Below, piece by piece: positions 41,546 through 53,959 of a DNA stretch of 64,000 bases. Position numbers and translations under genes: made by a program. The notes beneath the pieces are model-generated. The model searched no databases. It had not been told where the DNA came from and saw nothing but the letters and a program-made list of their open reading frames with translations. Each line of letters opens with the position of its first letter. The first letter of the stretch is position 1. The DNA is from the human T2T-CHM13v2.0 reference genome, Homo sapiens, in NCBI RefSeq assembly GCF_009914755.1, contig NC_060933.1; one strand, given 5' to 3'.

Positions 41546-42750
41546 TTTATGCTTTAAGTATAAGGGTACATGTGCACAACGTGCAAGTTTGTTACATATG
41601 TATACATGTGCCATGTTGGTGTGCTGCACCTATTAACTCATCATTTACATTAGGTATATCTCCTAATGCTATCCCTCCCGCCTCTCTCCACTCCACAACA
41701 GGCCCCTGGTGTGTGATGTTCCCCTTCTTGTGTCCAAGTGTTCTTATTGTTCAATTCCCACCTATGAGTGAGAACATGTGGTGTTTGGTTTTGTTTTGTT
41801 TGGTTTTGGTTTTTTTTTTTTTGAGATGGAGTCTTGCTCTGTCGCCCAGGCTGGAGTGCAGTGGCGCGATCTTGGCTCACTGCAAGCTCCGCCCCCTGGG
41901 ATCACGCCATTCTCCTGCCTCAGCCTCCCGAGTAGCTGGGAATACAGGTGCCCGCCACTACGCCCAGCTAAATTTTTGTATATTTAGTAGAGACGGGGTT
42001 TCACCGTGTTAGCTAGGATGGTCTCGATCTCCTGACCTCGTGATCCACCTGCCTCGGCCTCCCAAAGTGCTGGGATTACAGGCGTGAGCCACTGCGCCCG
42101 GCCGGTGTTTGGTTTTTTGTCCTTGCGATAATTTGCTCGGAATGATGGTTTCCAGCTTCATCTATATCCCTACAAAGGACATGAACTCATCCTTTTTATG
42201 GCTGCATAGTGTTCCACGGTGTATATGCGCCACATTTTCTTAATCCAGTCTATCATTGATGGACGTTTGGGTTGGTTCCAAGTCTTTGCTATTGTGAATA
42301 GTGCTGCAGTAACATACGTGTGCATGTGTCTTTATAGCAGCATGATTTATAATCCTTTGGGTATATGCCCAGTAATGAGGTGGCTGGGTCAAATGGTATT
42401 TCTAGTTCTAGATCCCTGAGGAATCGCCACACTGACTTCCACAATGGTTGAACTAGTTTACACTCCCACCAACAGTGTAAAAGTGTTCCTATTTCTCCAC
42501 ATCCTCTCCAGCACCTGTTGTTTCCTGACTTTTTAATGATCGCCATTCTAACTGGTGTGAGATGGTATCTCACTGTGGTTTTGATTCACATTTCTCTGAT
42601 GGCCAATGATGACGAGCATTTTTTCATGTGTTTTATGGCTGCATAAATGTCTTCTTTTGAGAAGTGTCTGTTCATATCCTACAGAATGGGAAAAAATTTT
42701 TGCAATCTACTCATCTGACAAAGGGCTAATATCCAGAATCTACAAAGAGA
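41546..42750 (-). mobile_element. L1PA 3' end with a 5' inversion and an AluY insertion
   Basis: L1PA 3' UTR and ORF2 end ([26 protein letters not shown]); TSD ctatgtatttttt. Confidence 0.92.
41795..42103 (-). mobile_element. AluY
   Basis: Y-type diagnostics (gcaagctccgcc, cacgccattctcc, gatctcctgacctcgtgatcc); TSD ggtgtttggtttt. Confidence 0.93.
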
Positions 42751-44127
42751 TCCTATGTATTTTTTGCCATCATTCTCATTCGTCTAGTGTAACATTCACT
42801 ATTCAGGTCAAAGGGACTTTGCCTGATTAAAGCCCAGGGATGGGAAAATTGGCACATAATGTTGGCCCTTTCTGCTTTCCCTTCCCCTTTGTTTTTTTAA
42901 TTCTCACAATTCTCTTGACAGGTTCTTCCCTATCTTCCTCCTCTTCATTTCAACTCTTCTCTAAGCCTTCATAGCAAAGGATATTTTCTCTACCCATTTG
43001 GAGAACTCTATAATCTCCCAGGTTTGATCATTGACATTCTAAAGTCCTCAAAACTGTGAGTGGGATTACAAGGATATTGTCTTGCTCAAAAATCCTATTT
43101 TGTATGTTAGAAGCTGGTATGACTTTTCTCTTTGGTTGGTGTTTTTCTGAAACAAAGTACAAATCGGTGGTTATATACATGGAAAGAGGAAAACACATGA
43201 ATAATTTTCCAGTTATTACCCGCTTTATTGACTTGAGTGGTATACCAAACGACTTTCTTGTCCAGGATTCCCACAATACCAATTTTGCCTTGGTTCTGAG
43301 CTGCAGTCAATAGTAAGGTTTTTTAAGGTTGTTCTTGGTATACCTGTTTTTTTTTTTCTATTCTATTTCATGCTTTTTGTGTTAAACTTTGAAAAGCATA
43401 CTCTCTCTGCTTTCTTATAATAATTATACCCTCTAGGTTTCTAGTAAGTTGTTCTAATTTTTGAATACCTGCCTTGTTCTCCTATTTCATGTTTGCATGT
43501 TTCTGATTCCTAGTTGTATGCTTTGTCACAAATTTCCTGTTTTCCTTCACTCCTACTTTTCATATACGCCCTGCTCCCTTGGTTTTGACCCATTTATTTC
43601 CTCTGATTCCAAGTACCTCAGTGTTCCAATATTGTAGATTATTCAGGTGTATGTTAGGATGCTTTTAATAAGATGTACAAAATCCAGCTCAAACTGGGTC
43701 AGACTATAAAAGCAATTTACTGGCTTCCATGTTCTAAAAAGTCAGACTTCAGGAAAGGATTGATATAGTAATGCTATTGTGTTTCTTACTGACTGTCAGA
43801 TGTGACTTTTATGGTGTTGGTGTCATGCTAGATTGGTTATAGGAGAGCTGCAAACTGCACCCTGGGATAGATGCTTCTTCATTTATGTCCAATCGTGGAA
43901 AAAGAACTTCTTTCACATAAACCATTGAACAGAAGTCCTGGGCTTTAATCTGTTTGGACCAATTTAAGTCAAATGCCTAACACTGAACCTATTACTGTCA
44001 TTGAGAATGAGATGCCACTATTCTGATTATCTTCAGCCAGTTAGATTCTGCTCCTAGACCTGGGACTGAGATCAGTCCTACCCAAACCACATCCCTGCTA
44101 CACCCTGGAAAATGGGAGAAGCGGACT

Positions 44128-44310
44128 CATGGGTGAGCTGGAGCCAGCTCTTAACAGTTGCCATGAGCTTACTATGCTCACCTCTTCTTCAGTGTTCACT
44201 GACCTCACTCTGGTAACTTGAAGTTAGCCTTAGTGGGAGTATTTATGCCACAGAAATTGGCAAATATTACAATTTTAATTTTTTAGAGCTGGTTTACCAA
44301 CACAGCACTG
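44128..44310. mobile_element. MER63A-like hAT-Blackjack MITE
   Basis: gctggagccagctc...gtgggagtattta...gctggtttaccaacacagcactg. Confidence 0.7.
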
Positions 44311-44404
44311 AGAATGAGAGGAACCCAATGTAACCAACATGGATTAACAGGCAACAGTCTCTTAACTAGTTTTTCTAATGTCAGAATTGCTTTTTCCAAT
44401 GCAT

Positions 44405-44690
44405 TTTTTTTGAGACAGGGTCTTGCTCTGTTGCCCAGGCTGGAGGGCAGTGTCATGATCATGGCTCACTGCAATCTCAGCTTCCTAGGCTTAAGTGATC
44501 CTCACACCTCAGCATCACGAGTAGCTGGGACTACAAGAACGTGTCATCATGCCCAGCTAATTTTTTATTTTATAGAGACGTGGTCTCACTGTGTTGCCCA
44601 GGCTGGTCTCAAACTCCTGGCCTCAAGTGATCCTCACACCTTGGCCTTCCAAAGTGTTGGGATTACAGGAGTGAGCCTCTGTGCCCGGCC
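44405..44690 (-). mobile_element. AluJ
   Basis: Antisense dimer with J-type features. Confidence 0.9.
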
Positions 44691-44694
44691 CATT

Positions 44695-45110
44695 CTTTTT
44701 TTAATAACAGCTTCACTGAGATATAATTTCACATACTATAACACTCACCCTTTTAAAGTGTACAATTCAGTGTTTTTTTAGTATATTTATGGGATTGTAC
44801 AATCACCACCACAATCAATTTCAGGACATTTTTGTCACCCCAGGAAACTCAGTATCTATTAACAGTCACTCCCCATTCCTTCCCATCATCCCATTCCTGT
44901 CAATCACCAGTATACTTTTCTGTGTCTGTGAATCTGCCTATTCTGCACACTTAATACAAGAAGTTGTACAATATGTGGTTTCGCTTCTTAGCATAATGTT
45001 TTCAGGGTCTTTCAATTCTGTAGCATGTATCGGTATTTTATTCCTTTTGTTGACAAATAATATTTTATTGTATGTCTAGACCGTGTTTGTTTATTCATGT
45101 AATTGATGAC
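44695..45110 (-). mobile_element. L1MB-type 3' end
   Basis: gagatataatttcacatac...ttttaaagtgtacaattcagtg. Confidence 0.75.
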
Positions 45111-45569
45111 ATGTGAATGATTGAGATCCAATTCTAATCACTGTTTCAGTATCCAGTTTTTTCCTCCTCTAGTCTTTAATGCTTCTGCTACCAGAATCAC
45201 TTTCCTAGAACAACACATTTCATCTTGTCACTCACCTCATAAAAATCCTTCTCTCTGCCTATGAAATGCTGAAGGAGCCCATAGACGCTGTATTTGAGGC
45301 TCTCTTCAGTTTGACTGCAGCAGGGATGGGAATGAGAAGATCTCACCTCCCTTTGAGGGAACATTTTGGCCAGTGATGCTCAAATCTCATTTAAAGGACC
45401 TCTATTTGACCTACCCACCAAGCAACCAACCATAACACCTGAAGAAATAGCCCAAATGACAAAAGCAAAAGCCCAAACTACACAGAACAGTGACACAGAT
45501 ATTATGTAGCTCTGCAATTTTATAGTTGATATTTATTTTCATCTCTTAATTGATAAAGGTTTTGTTAGG

Positions 45570-45800
45570 GTTCTGGAGGGATAATGAGTTTTATAGTCAG
45601 ATAGATCTAATCTGTAGTCCTGGCTTAGTCGCTTATTACTGACTTTCTTTAAATTCTCTCCTGAGATTTTAAGCAAATCATCATTTCTACCTGTAAAGTG
45701 GGTGTAATAATTCATACCTCAGAGCCCAGTTATGGATTAAAAAATATAAACACTCAATACTTGTGCCTAACCCATAATAGGCACTCAATAAATACATGGA
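45570..45800 (+). mobile_element. MIR SINE
   Basis: ctgtaaagtggg...tacctcagag...taggcactcaataaa. Confidence 0.65.
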
Positions 45801-46620
45801 CACTATTAAGGTTGAATATATGATGATAATTTTCAATTATTTTTGACAAAACCCATCTAAGATTGTAACTATTTTGGTGTTCTTTCATTGTTTTATAGCT
45901 TTGGTGATTTAATTTCAACATTGTCCTAGTGCTTTAAAATTAGAGCCAATTTAAAGCAGAAATTAGATAATCAGTTAAAAGTCTTTATGTTCCATGTCTG
46001 CCATTACCCTTGGTGTAATCAGAAAGAATCAATATATCTTTTGGGAAATAGTCAATGATAATATCTTGTTTTATTACAATGAAGCTTTTCTGAAGTGGCC
46101 TAAGGATAAACATCTTAAACACTACACTGGGTTATGTTGAGGTAAATTCTTACAGCAATGTGTCAGAGCTTGGCATTTACCAGTGTCATGGGAAGTATGA
46201 CTTGGTAACAATTATTAAAGATATAACCCAAGATATTATTCTTTGCAATGGTTATAACATATTTTTAAAAGGTGTTGAATTGTAATTAAATTATAATTGT
46301 TTTGGTCTATATATATGATCATAAAATTTAAATTGTTCTTTATGCTGTGTATTTGTGGTTTAGAAAAATTTTACATGTGTGGTAACTTTTTAGTTTTATA
46401 AACAACCATGAATTATATTCTTTTTTTGGGCTTTGAAGTAATTATGAATGCAATAGCCATTTTTTTAACTGAAACATTTGCTATTTGAGAGAACAAATTA
46501 ATCAATTGTTAAAAATTAACCTTCAATCATAAGAATAATATATGAAAAATAAACTTTTGAAGATTACTTCTTTTTACATACTTCAGTTATTAAATATTAT
46601 TTCTCTTTTTTCCCCCATAG

Positions 46621-46803
<183 letters not shown>

Positions 46804-46872
46804 AAATAATGTATAGAATCAGCATCTCTGACTAATGAAAAATGGATGTAGCAGTTGATGATTTTCTATCTT

Positions 46873-46878
46873 AATAAA
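46873..46878 (+). terminator. CFAP95: Polyadenylation signal AATAAA of CFAP95 (3' UTR about 90 nt)
   Basis: AATAAA 70 nt after the stop codon. A second AATAAA lies at 47187-47192. Confidence 0.75.
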
Positions 46879-47557
46879 TGCAATGGAAGTGTTACTATAG
46901 TAGATTCCTTTAAGCAGAAAGTCTTATTTTCTGGACCAGTGTTTATATCCTTATTTTCATAAGCTACTCTGGTATTTTCCGAAGTTTATTGTGTGTCTTG
47001 CTGAGAGCATGCTACACAATTCTAGATGGTATTTAGTGAAACATTATTTTATGGATTATGTATTTGTTTTAATAATTATTAGAAAAACACATAAAACTAG
47101 CACAGTCAAGGTTATGATTGCTTAGGGTGTGGCTAATTATAAAAAAGTAGGCCAACTTAAATTCCACAGAAGACAAATTTTAAGTGAATAAATATATAGG
47201 TTGACATAAAACTCAAATGGCCAAAGTTTAGGCAACACTGGCCCTATAATAATGCTGAGTATGTATGTGATTTTTTTTTGAGGGGGAAATTGGTATCTAT
47301 AAATTTCTATTTATCTGTGGTAGCTAGTTTCATTGTGGATTATTTATTTTGCATGACATTTTTCCTTATTCAAGTTAAGACCTTTTGAGTATATGGATAG
47401 CAGAGGTGCAGATAGAATCTTTGTGAAACTCTAGGGGTTTGATGGGAAATCTAGTCATCTAGTGTTAGATTTGGAAGAAATCTTAGCCATTGTTTTGACT
47501 TACCCTCACATTTTACAGATGAGCAAACAGAGGTCCATGGAGATTTAAGTAGTCTGC

Positions 47558-47982
47558 TGTATTGGTCAGCTGGGTCTACCGTAACAAAATACCATAGACT
47601 GGGTGGCTTAGACAACAAAGAAGTCTGCAAGCCAGGAAGAGAGCCATCACCAGAAATAAACCCTGCCAGAACCTTGATCTTGGACTTTTCAGCCTCCAAA
47701 ACCATGCAAAAATAAATTTCTGTAAAATAAGAAGGTGAGTCAAAACAATTGCTAAGATTGTTACCTTCTTGCCCTGTTCTTGCATGGCAGGAGGGGGATG
47801 GGGGTGGCGGACCTCTTTCGCTTCCTCTTCATGTAAGGCTACAGTTTTATTTGATTAGACCCCCACTCTTATGTCCTCATTTAACCTGAATTACCTCCTA
47901 AAGACCCTATCTTCAGATAGCCACATTGGGTGTAAGGGCTTTGACATATAAATCTGGGGAGAACAGAATTCAGTTCATAGCT
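47558..47982 (-). mobile_element. MLT1A-like MaLR LTR with an internal inversion
   Basis: Antisense MLT1 flanks; segment 47623-47723 is in the opposite orientation. Confidence 0.8.
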
Positions 47983-49101
47983 GTTGCCCAGGGTTATAGG
48001 AGTAGCAGATTCTGATGGATCTTTGAGGTGCATTTGAAAACTTTTATTTCTTCTGAGGATGTATTTAATTATTTGGCCAACTTGGGCTTCATTTACTTAT
48101 TTTTCTTTAAAAAATAACATTCACGAACTAGCATTTCATGATAAATGCTAATTGAACACTGCCTCTAGTGCTGGATTCACAAGATATAAAAAAGACTATA
48201 AGCTTTTTGATGACAGAAATGATAATTAATATAGAAAATGTGATATACCAGGTAAGCATGTGCCAGAAGAATCTTACTATAATTTCCTGCTGCTTTAAAA
48301 TGTGTGTCCATATGCACACAAATACGTATATTATATATGCTAATTATGTATATTACATATACATTAAGTATAATATAGTCTATATAAATGTTAATTCATT
48401 ATGTAGTACTTATTCTAGTAGATATCTACCTAGGATTACCTTTCCTTCCACTTACTATACATCCAAGTTTAACCATTCCTAACACTAATATATCTGGGGT
48501 GAAGAGCTATTTGAAGTATGCAAATCTGGATGTCAAGCCACTCATCATTTAATAATTTCTTTTTGTGGAGAAAAAGTTTTAATGGCCACATCATTACCTT
48601 TGAACACTGCCTGGTGCCTAGAACATAAAATAAGATTCACTTACTTTAGCAGAAATGTTATACTGTCACGATGACTAACATGACATTTTGTATAAACGAC
48701 TAGGTCTGCTATTAGGGATCACCTTATAAATCAGTTTGGGTTTGGGTTAGAAGGAGAATGAAATAAGAGAGATTGTATTTAAACTAGCCTAGGAAAATGG
48801 TGCACTGAAATAAAGGTTACTGCAGGGGTTTTCCCCATGACAAGCATTACGTTGCCTTCAGTGAGTGAATGAGTGAATGTTGGACTCAATGAACTCTACG
48901 TTATTCTAACAACTTGATCTTTTAGGTAAAAATATTTTATATTGAGGTAAGCACTTCAATGGTTCATCTCACCAGCATCAAAGACCACTTCAAATAAGAC
49001 AAGCTGGAATTCAGATTTCATTGTTGGATAATGTCCTCTGTGGGAAGTGACTACACTGTCTCCTGACTGGTCCATGTGTATGTGTCATAGAACCCCACTT
49101 A

Positions 49102-49279
49102 AGACCCCAAAATCACACTATATCTTTTGTGTTTACAAAGTTAATAAGATCTGTATCTACATCAATATCTCATTCAAATGAAACCTCAAAATCACACCCG
49201 AGAACCCAAAATCACACTATATCTTTCATGTTTATAAAGTTAGTGAGATCCATTTCTACAGCAATATCTCTTTCAAATG
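49102..49279. repeat. Diverged direct duplication, two 79-bp copies with period 99
   Basis: 49102-49180 versus 49201-49279, 11 mismatches by manual alignment. Confidence 0.9.
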
Positions 49280-50469
49280 TACACAGCATCTCTCTTTTGG
49301 CCTTTATGCATTGCTGTGTCAGAGACATTGGTGTGAGCCCACCACGGCAGGGGGCAGACTGCTGGGAGAATGAGAGAATGTTGAGCAGATCCTAAGCAGA
49401 TATATCAAAGAGGGGGTCTCTGAGTTAAGTTTGACCTACATGTAAGTTTTATGTGGTCTGCACAGTGTGTTTAAAAATTAATTTTAAAAAATAGAACCAA
49501 ACTTTATTAATTAAGACATTTTACTTAAAAATCAGGATTTCTACTCCCTTGAAAGTCTGGCAGATCTGGCACCACTTGGCCACATTTTCACGCAGTAACA
49601 ATCAGCAGGGGTATGAGGGAGGGCGGGGTCTCTTTAGATGGACGCTAAGTTCACTGTTTTGCTGAAATTTCCACCTGGCACACTTCACTCCACTGTGGAG
49701 GCATTATGACCCCCTCCCTAGGGAGAGATGAGACAATGTGAAATAGTAGGGGGAAGGAATGGTAGAAAAGCAGCAAACTGGCAGCTCTGGTGACTGGCGT
49801 TAGGATGAAGAAGGCAGAGGCTGCATCCTGATAGTGGGGATATAGCACATCTGGTTCAGTTCAAGTCAAAATCAAGATCCCAGCCTAGATAGAATGTAGA
49901 GATGGGGAGTGGGTCAAGGACTTTGCTTTATAAATATAGAATAGAGAATCCTCAGCTCAACCTCAATCCTCAGCGTATATTAGGAACACATTTGAGATGA
50001 GGTAAGAAGTGAGGGTACCAGGCCCAAACCCTAGGATATGACACTGGCAGATCAAGACAAGAGGCAGGGCCAAGCCAGCTCAGTGGTTTGTTTATAAAGG
50101 AAAGTCACTCCATGGACACCAGTGCTCCAGAGGTGCAGAAAAATTCCAGATTTGTGAAAACGCTAAGAAAAAATGGTGAAGTCTTTTTGTGGGACATAGA
50201 ATGTAGGTGGCGGGCTGGGAGAGGCCATGGAAGTGCCTGGCACAGCCACTGTCAAGAATAGAGCAGCAGGAAAATTCTTTCATAAAGATGTACAGATCAG
50301 AAGCTAACTTTATTTCAGACAGAGCAGCAGGGAAGTTTGCAGATAGCTGGAAGCTCACTCCAAATAGCAGAGAACAAGTATGAGGCAGCCATTGTAAACC
50401 AAAGTAGAAAATCTAAGCAAAATCTAACACAGTAAATTATCGTTCCAAATATTAATATCATAACTTTAA

Positions 50470-51690
50470 AAAAATGTTTAACAGCTTTATTGGGATATGA
50501 TTCACATATTATACAATTCAACCCATTAAAGCATATAATTCAATGGTTGTTAGTATATTCACAGAATTCTGCTATTATCACCACAATCAATTTTAGAACA
50601 TTTTTATCACTCCTGAAAGAAATCCATATCCATTGGTGGTCATTTTCCATTCCCTCCCAATTCCCACAGTCCTAAGCAACCAAGAATCTACTTTCTGCCT
50701 CTGCAGATTTACCTATTTTGGATCTTTTCTGTAAGTAGAATCTTACAATATGTGGTCTTTTGTGACTGGTTTCTTTCACTTTCCATAGTGTTTTCAAGGT
50801 TCATCCATGTTGTAACATCTATCAGCACTTCATTCCTTTTTGGATGAATAATATTCCATTGTATAGATATACCACGATTTATCCATTCATTAGTTGATGG
50901 ACATTTGGGTTGGTTCCACCTATGAACATTCATGTATGAGTTTTTGCATGCATCTCTCTTGGACATTGTGATGGTTAATATTGAGTGTCAACTTGATTGA
51001 ATTGAAGGATGCAAATTATTGTTCCTGGGTGTGTCTGTGAGGGTGTTGCCAAAGGAGATTAACATTTGAGTCGGTGGGCTGGGAGAGCCATACTCACCCT
51101 CAATCTGGGTGGGCACCATCTAATCAGCTATCAGCACAGCCAGGATAAAAGGCAGAAGAACGTGGAAAGACTAGACTGACTTTGTCTTCTGGTCTACATC
51201 TTTCTCCCATGCTGGATGTTTCCTGTCCTCAAACATCGGACTCCAAGTCCTTCAGCTTTGGGATTCTTGGACCTTTGACCACAGACTGAAGGCTGCACTG
51301 TTGGCTTCCTTACTTTTGAGGTTTTGGGATTTAGATTGACTTCCTTGCTCCTCAGCTTGCAGACGGCCTATTATGGGACTTAACCTTGTGATTGTGTGAG
51401 TCAATTCTCCTTAATAAACTCCCTTTTATATATATATCTATCATACATCTATCCTATTAGTTGTATCACTCCAGGGAACCCTGACTAATACAGACATGTA
51501 CCTAGGAGTGGAATTGCTGTGTCATATGGTAACTGTATGTTTAACCTTTTGAGGAACTACCAAACTATTTTCTAAAGTAGTGCACCATTTTACATTTCTA
51601 CCAGCAATGTATGAAGGTTACAATTTTTCCATATCCTTGCCAATGTTTGTTATTTTTCATTGTTTTGATTGAAACCAGTTTGTGAAATGG
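50470..51690 (-). mobile_element. L1MB-type 3' end interrupted by MLT2A
   Basis: aacagctttattg...; gatggacatttgggttg; cctaggagtggaattgctg. Confidence 0.8.
50967..51492 (+). mobile_element. MLT2A (HERV-L) solo LTR
   Basis: tgtgatggttaatattgagtgtcaacttgattg...ctgactaataca; perfect TSD gacat. Confidence 0.9.
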
Positions 51691-53959
51691 CCGTTTCACA
51701 AAACATGAGTTCTTGAAGAGTGGAGACTATATCTGCTCATCTGGGGGTTACCAATGTCTAATACACAGTGAGCACTCAGAAATGCTGAAGGGTTGGTATA
51801 AATATGTTTGTCATAATCATATCTTAATATGAGTGAATGCTTGGGTAATTGATAAAAATGCAATCTGTATGATTGGAATGGCCTTGTTTAAAAATATTCT
51901 GATATTTAGCACATTTGTCCTACTAAGGGCTTCAATGGTAATCTTGTGAAATTGGAGGAGTTGGCAAAATTGGCCTAAGAAAATGTTATGTCCTGTATGG
52001 AAAACGTGAGTTTGCCAGAGCATCCATGGAACTGACTAAAATCCTCCTTAAAGTAAAGTAATGATTGCCGGCCAACCAGAGCACCAATCAGAATAAACCT
52101 TGCATATTCAAATACTAAAGACCCTGAGAAATTCTGTAGAACAGAAAGCAGTTAAATTCTATTTAATCCAGCATTTCCCAGGCTTATTTCATCAAAGAAT
52201 CATTTCTTCTTGCAGGAGATATCTATAAATATATCCCAAGATATTAGTATTTCAGGGAAAACATTAGGGAAAACATTAATCTAAGCAATTTCTAAATAAG
52301 GATGAAGGACAAAATAAATATTTGTTGAGTGGCTACTAAGTACCGCATACACAGGTGAAGTAGATTTTATAAAATCCCAGTTCTACTGCTAAGAAAAAAA
52401 ATTCTAAATACCTCTTTCAGTCAACAGATTTAGACAGAACCCCAACTTCATGATGATGAAATACAGTACAAATTTATCTTAACAGTTATTGTGATTGGCA
52501 TGTACATATTCTCTATTCTCTTCCTTATCTTTCTAAACAAAGAGGAATGGCTAACTCCCTCTACTTTAAATTCTCAGAGCTACTTATGTTACATTTTCCT
52601 GTAAGGTTTTCATTAAGTACCAATAGAACTTATGGTCTATAGTTTCACTTATCATTTTAATGTAGGCCGAATTGAGTATTTGTAGGTTATAATTATTTTA
52701 TTCTATAGGGTAAGAGCAGGCTAAAGGCTTAATAAGAGACCTTTTACCATAACAATTAATGTGTTGGATTCACATAGGTGCCTAATAAGTGTTCATTTAT
52801 GAGAATATAAGATTCTATGCAATAGGTTCTTAATCTCAAGAACTATCAGGAAAAATTTGCGTTTTTATGTAATGTAACATAAATGTAATTAAACTTAATT
52901 TAAGTCTATAGAAATAGGTAGAATCACTAAGTAGGAAAACAAATAGAATGGGATAACCTGAAGCAAAGTTAGAGAGATTTGGAAGAGGAGAAATTTACAT
53001 TGTAATTGAAAAATGAGGAGAGATAACGAATGAATTAAAGTGAAAGTATTTTTCAATATTGTATTCTTTGCATGCATTTGATTAACATTTTTATTAAAAA
53101 TTTATTCAAAATCCCAATAGATTTAATTTAGGCAGTATATTGACAAGATAGTTGATATGACACTGATCATTAACAAGGTGACTAGGTTGTTTTTATGAAA
53201 CCAATAATTGGTCACAGAAAAGCCCTTAGTCATGACTTAAAAAAAACAAACTGCACAGCATATATAGTGGCTTTTTAAAAGTTAAAGTACCCAAACAAAG
53301 AAATATTTCTAAACACCCAAGCAAATGTTGAAATCTGAAACATTTTTCTATTGAAGCCAACTGAAGAAAATAACATGGGGAAACCAAAAACTAAAAAGCA
53401 TTTCTTTTCAAGATGCCTCTTTCTATACATCGTTTAAAGTCCAGCAGAGTGTATATAAAGCTCTTTTATAAAGCAGGAAGGTAGAAAAAGAAGCTGTTGG
53501 CATTTCTGGTTTTTATTGAATAATTGCAAGAAAGTGGCTGTGAAGGAAGAGAAAAAAACTCAAGGAAATGGGTAGGTGAAAAACACAATAAGACAATCAA
53601 ATAAAGAAAATGAAATGAGTGTGGGGGCAGATTTAATGCCTCGCACTTCAGAGAAATCAGGTGGAGAAACTTATCTCATGAGCTAGCCAAACAGATGGCA
53701 TATTAGAGAATCCTGGGTTTCTCTGAAGATGGGATTACCTTAATTGAAGTCCTGGGGTAGGGGCAGGAGTTTTTCTCAGTAGAGAATAAGCAGATTGTCT
53801 CCCTTCTCTAATGCTGCCAAGGAAAGGTAGAGGAGGTGATTACTCATGGAAAAATATCAATGATGCATTTTTTTTTACATTTCTAGACTTTTAGAACTTA
53901 ACAGTAGAAAATGTGCATTGGCTACTCAGCTTGAGGTGATGCCTGACTCAATAAAAGTG

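Noticed and set aside
41485-42012. Longest ORF in the track (175 aa)
   Set aside because: It is read-through of antisense L1 3' UTR and AluY sequence, a typical Alu-derived false ORF.
49102-49279. CRISPR-like repeat-spacer reading of the duplication
   Set aside because: There are only two long diverged copies, the spacer derives from the unit itself, and the context is eukaryotic with no cas genes.
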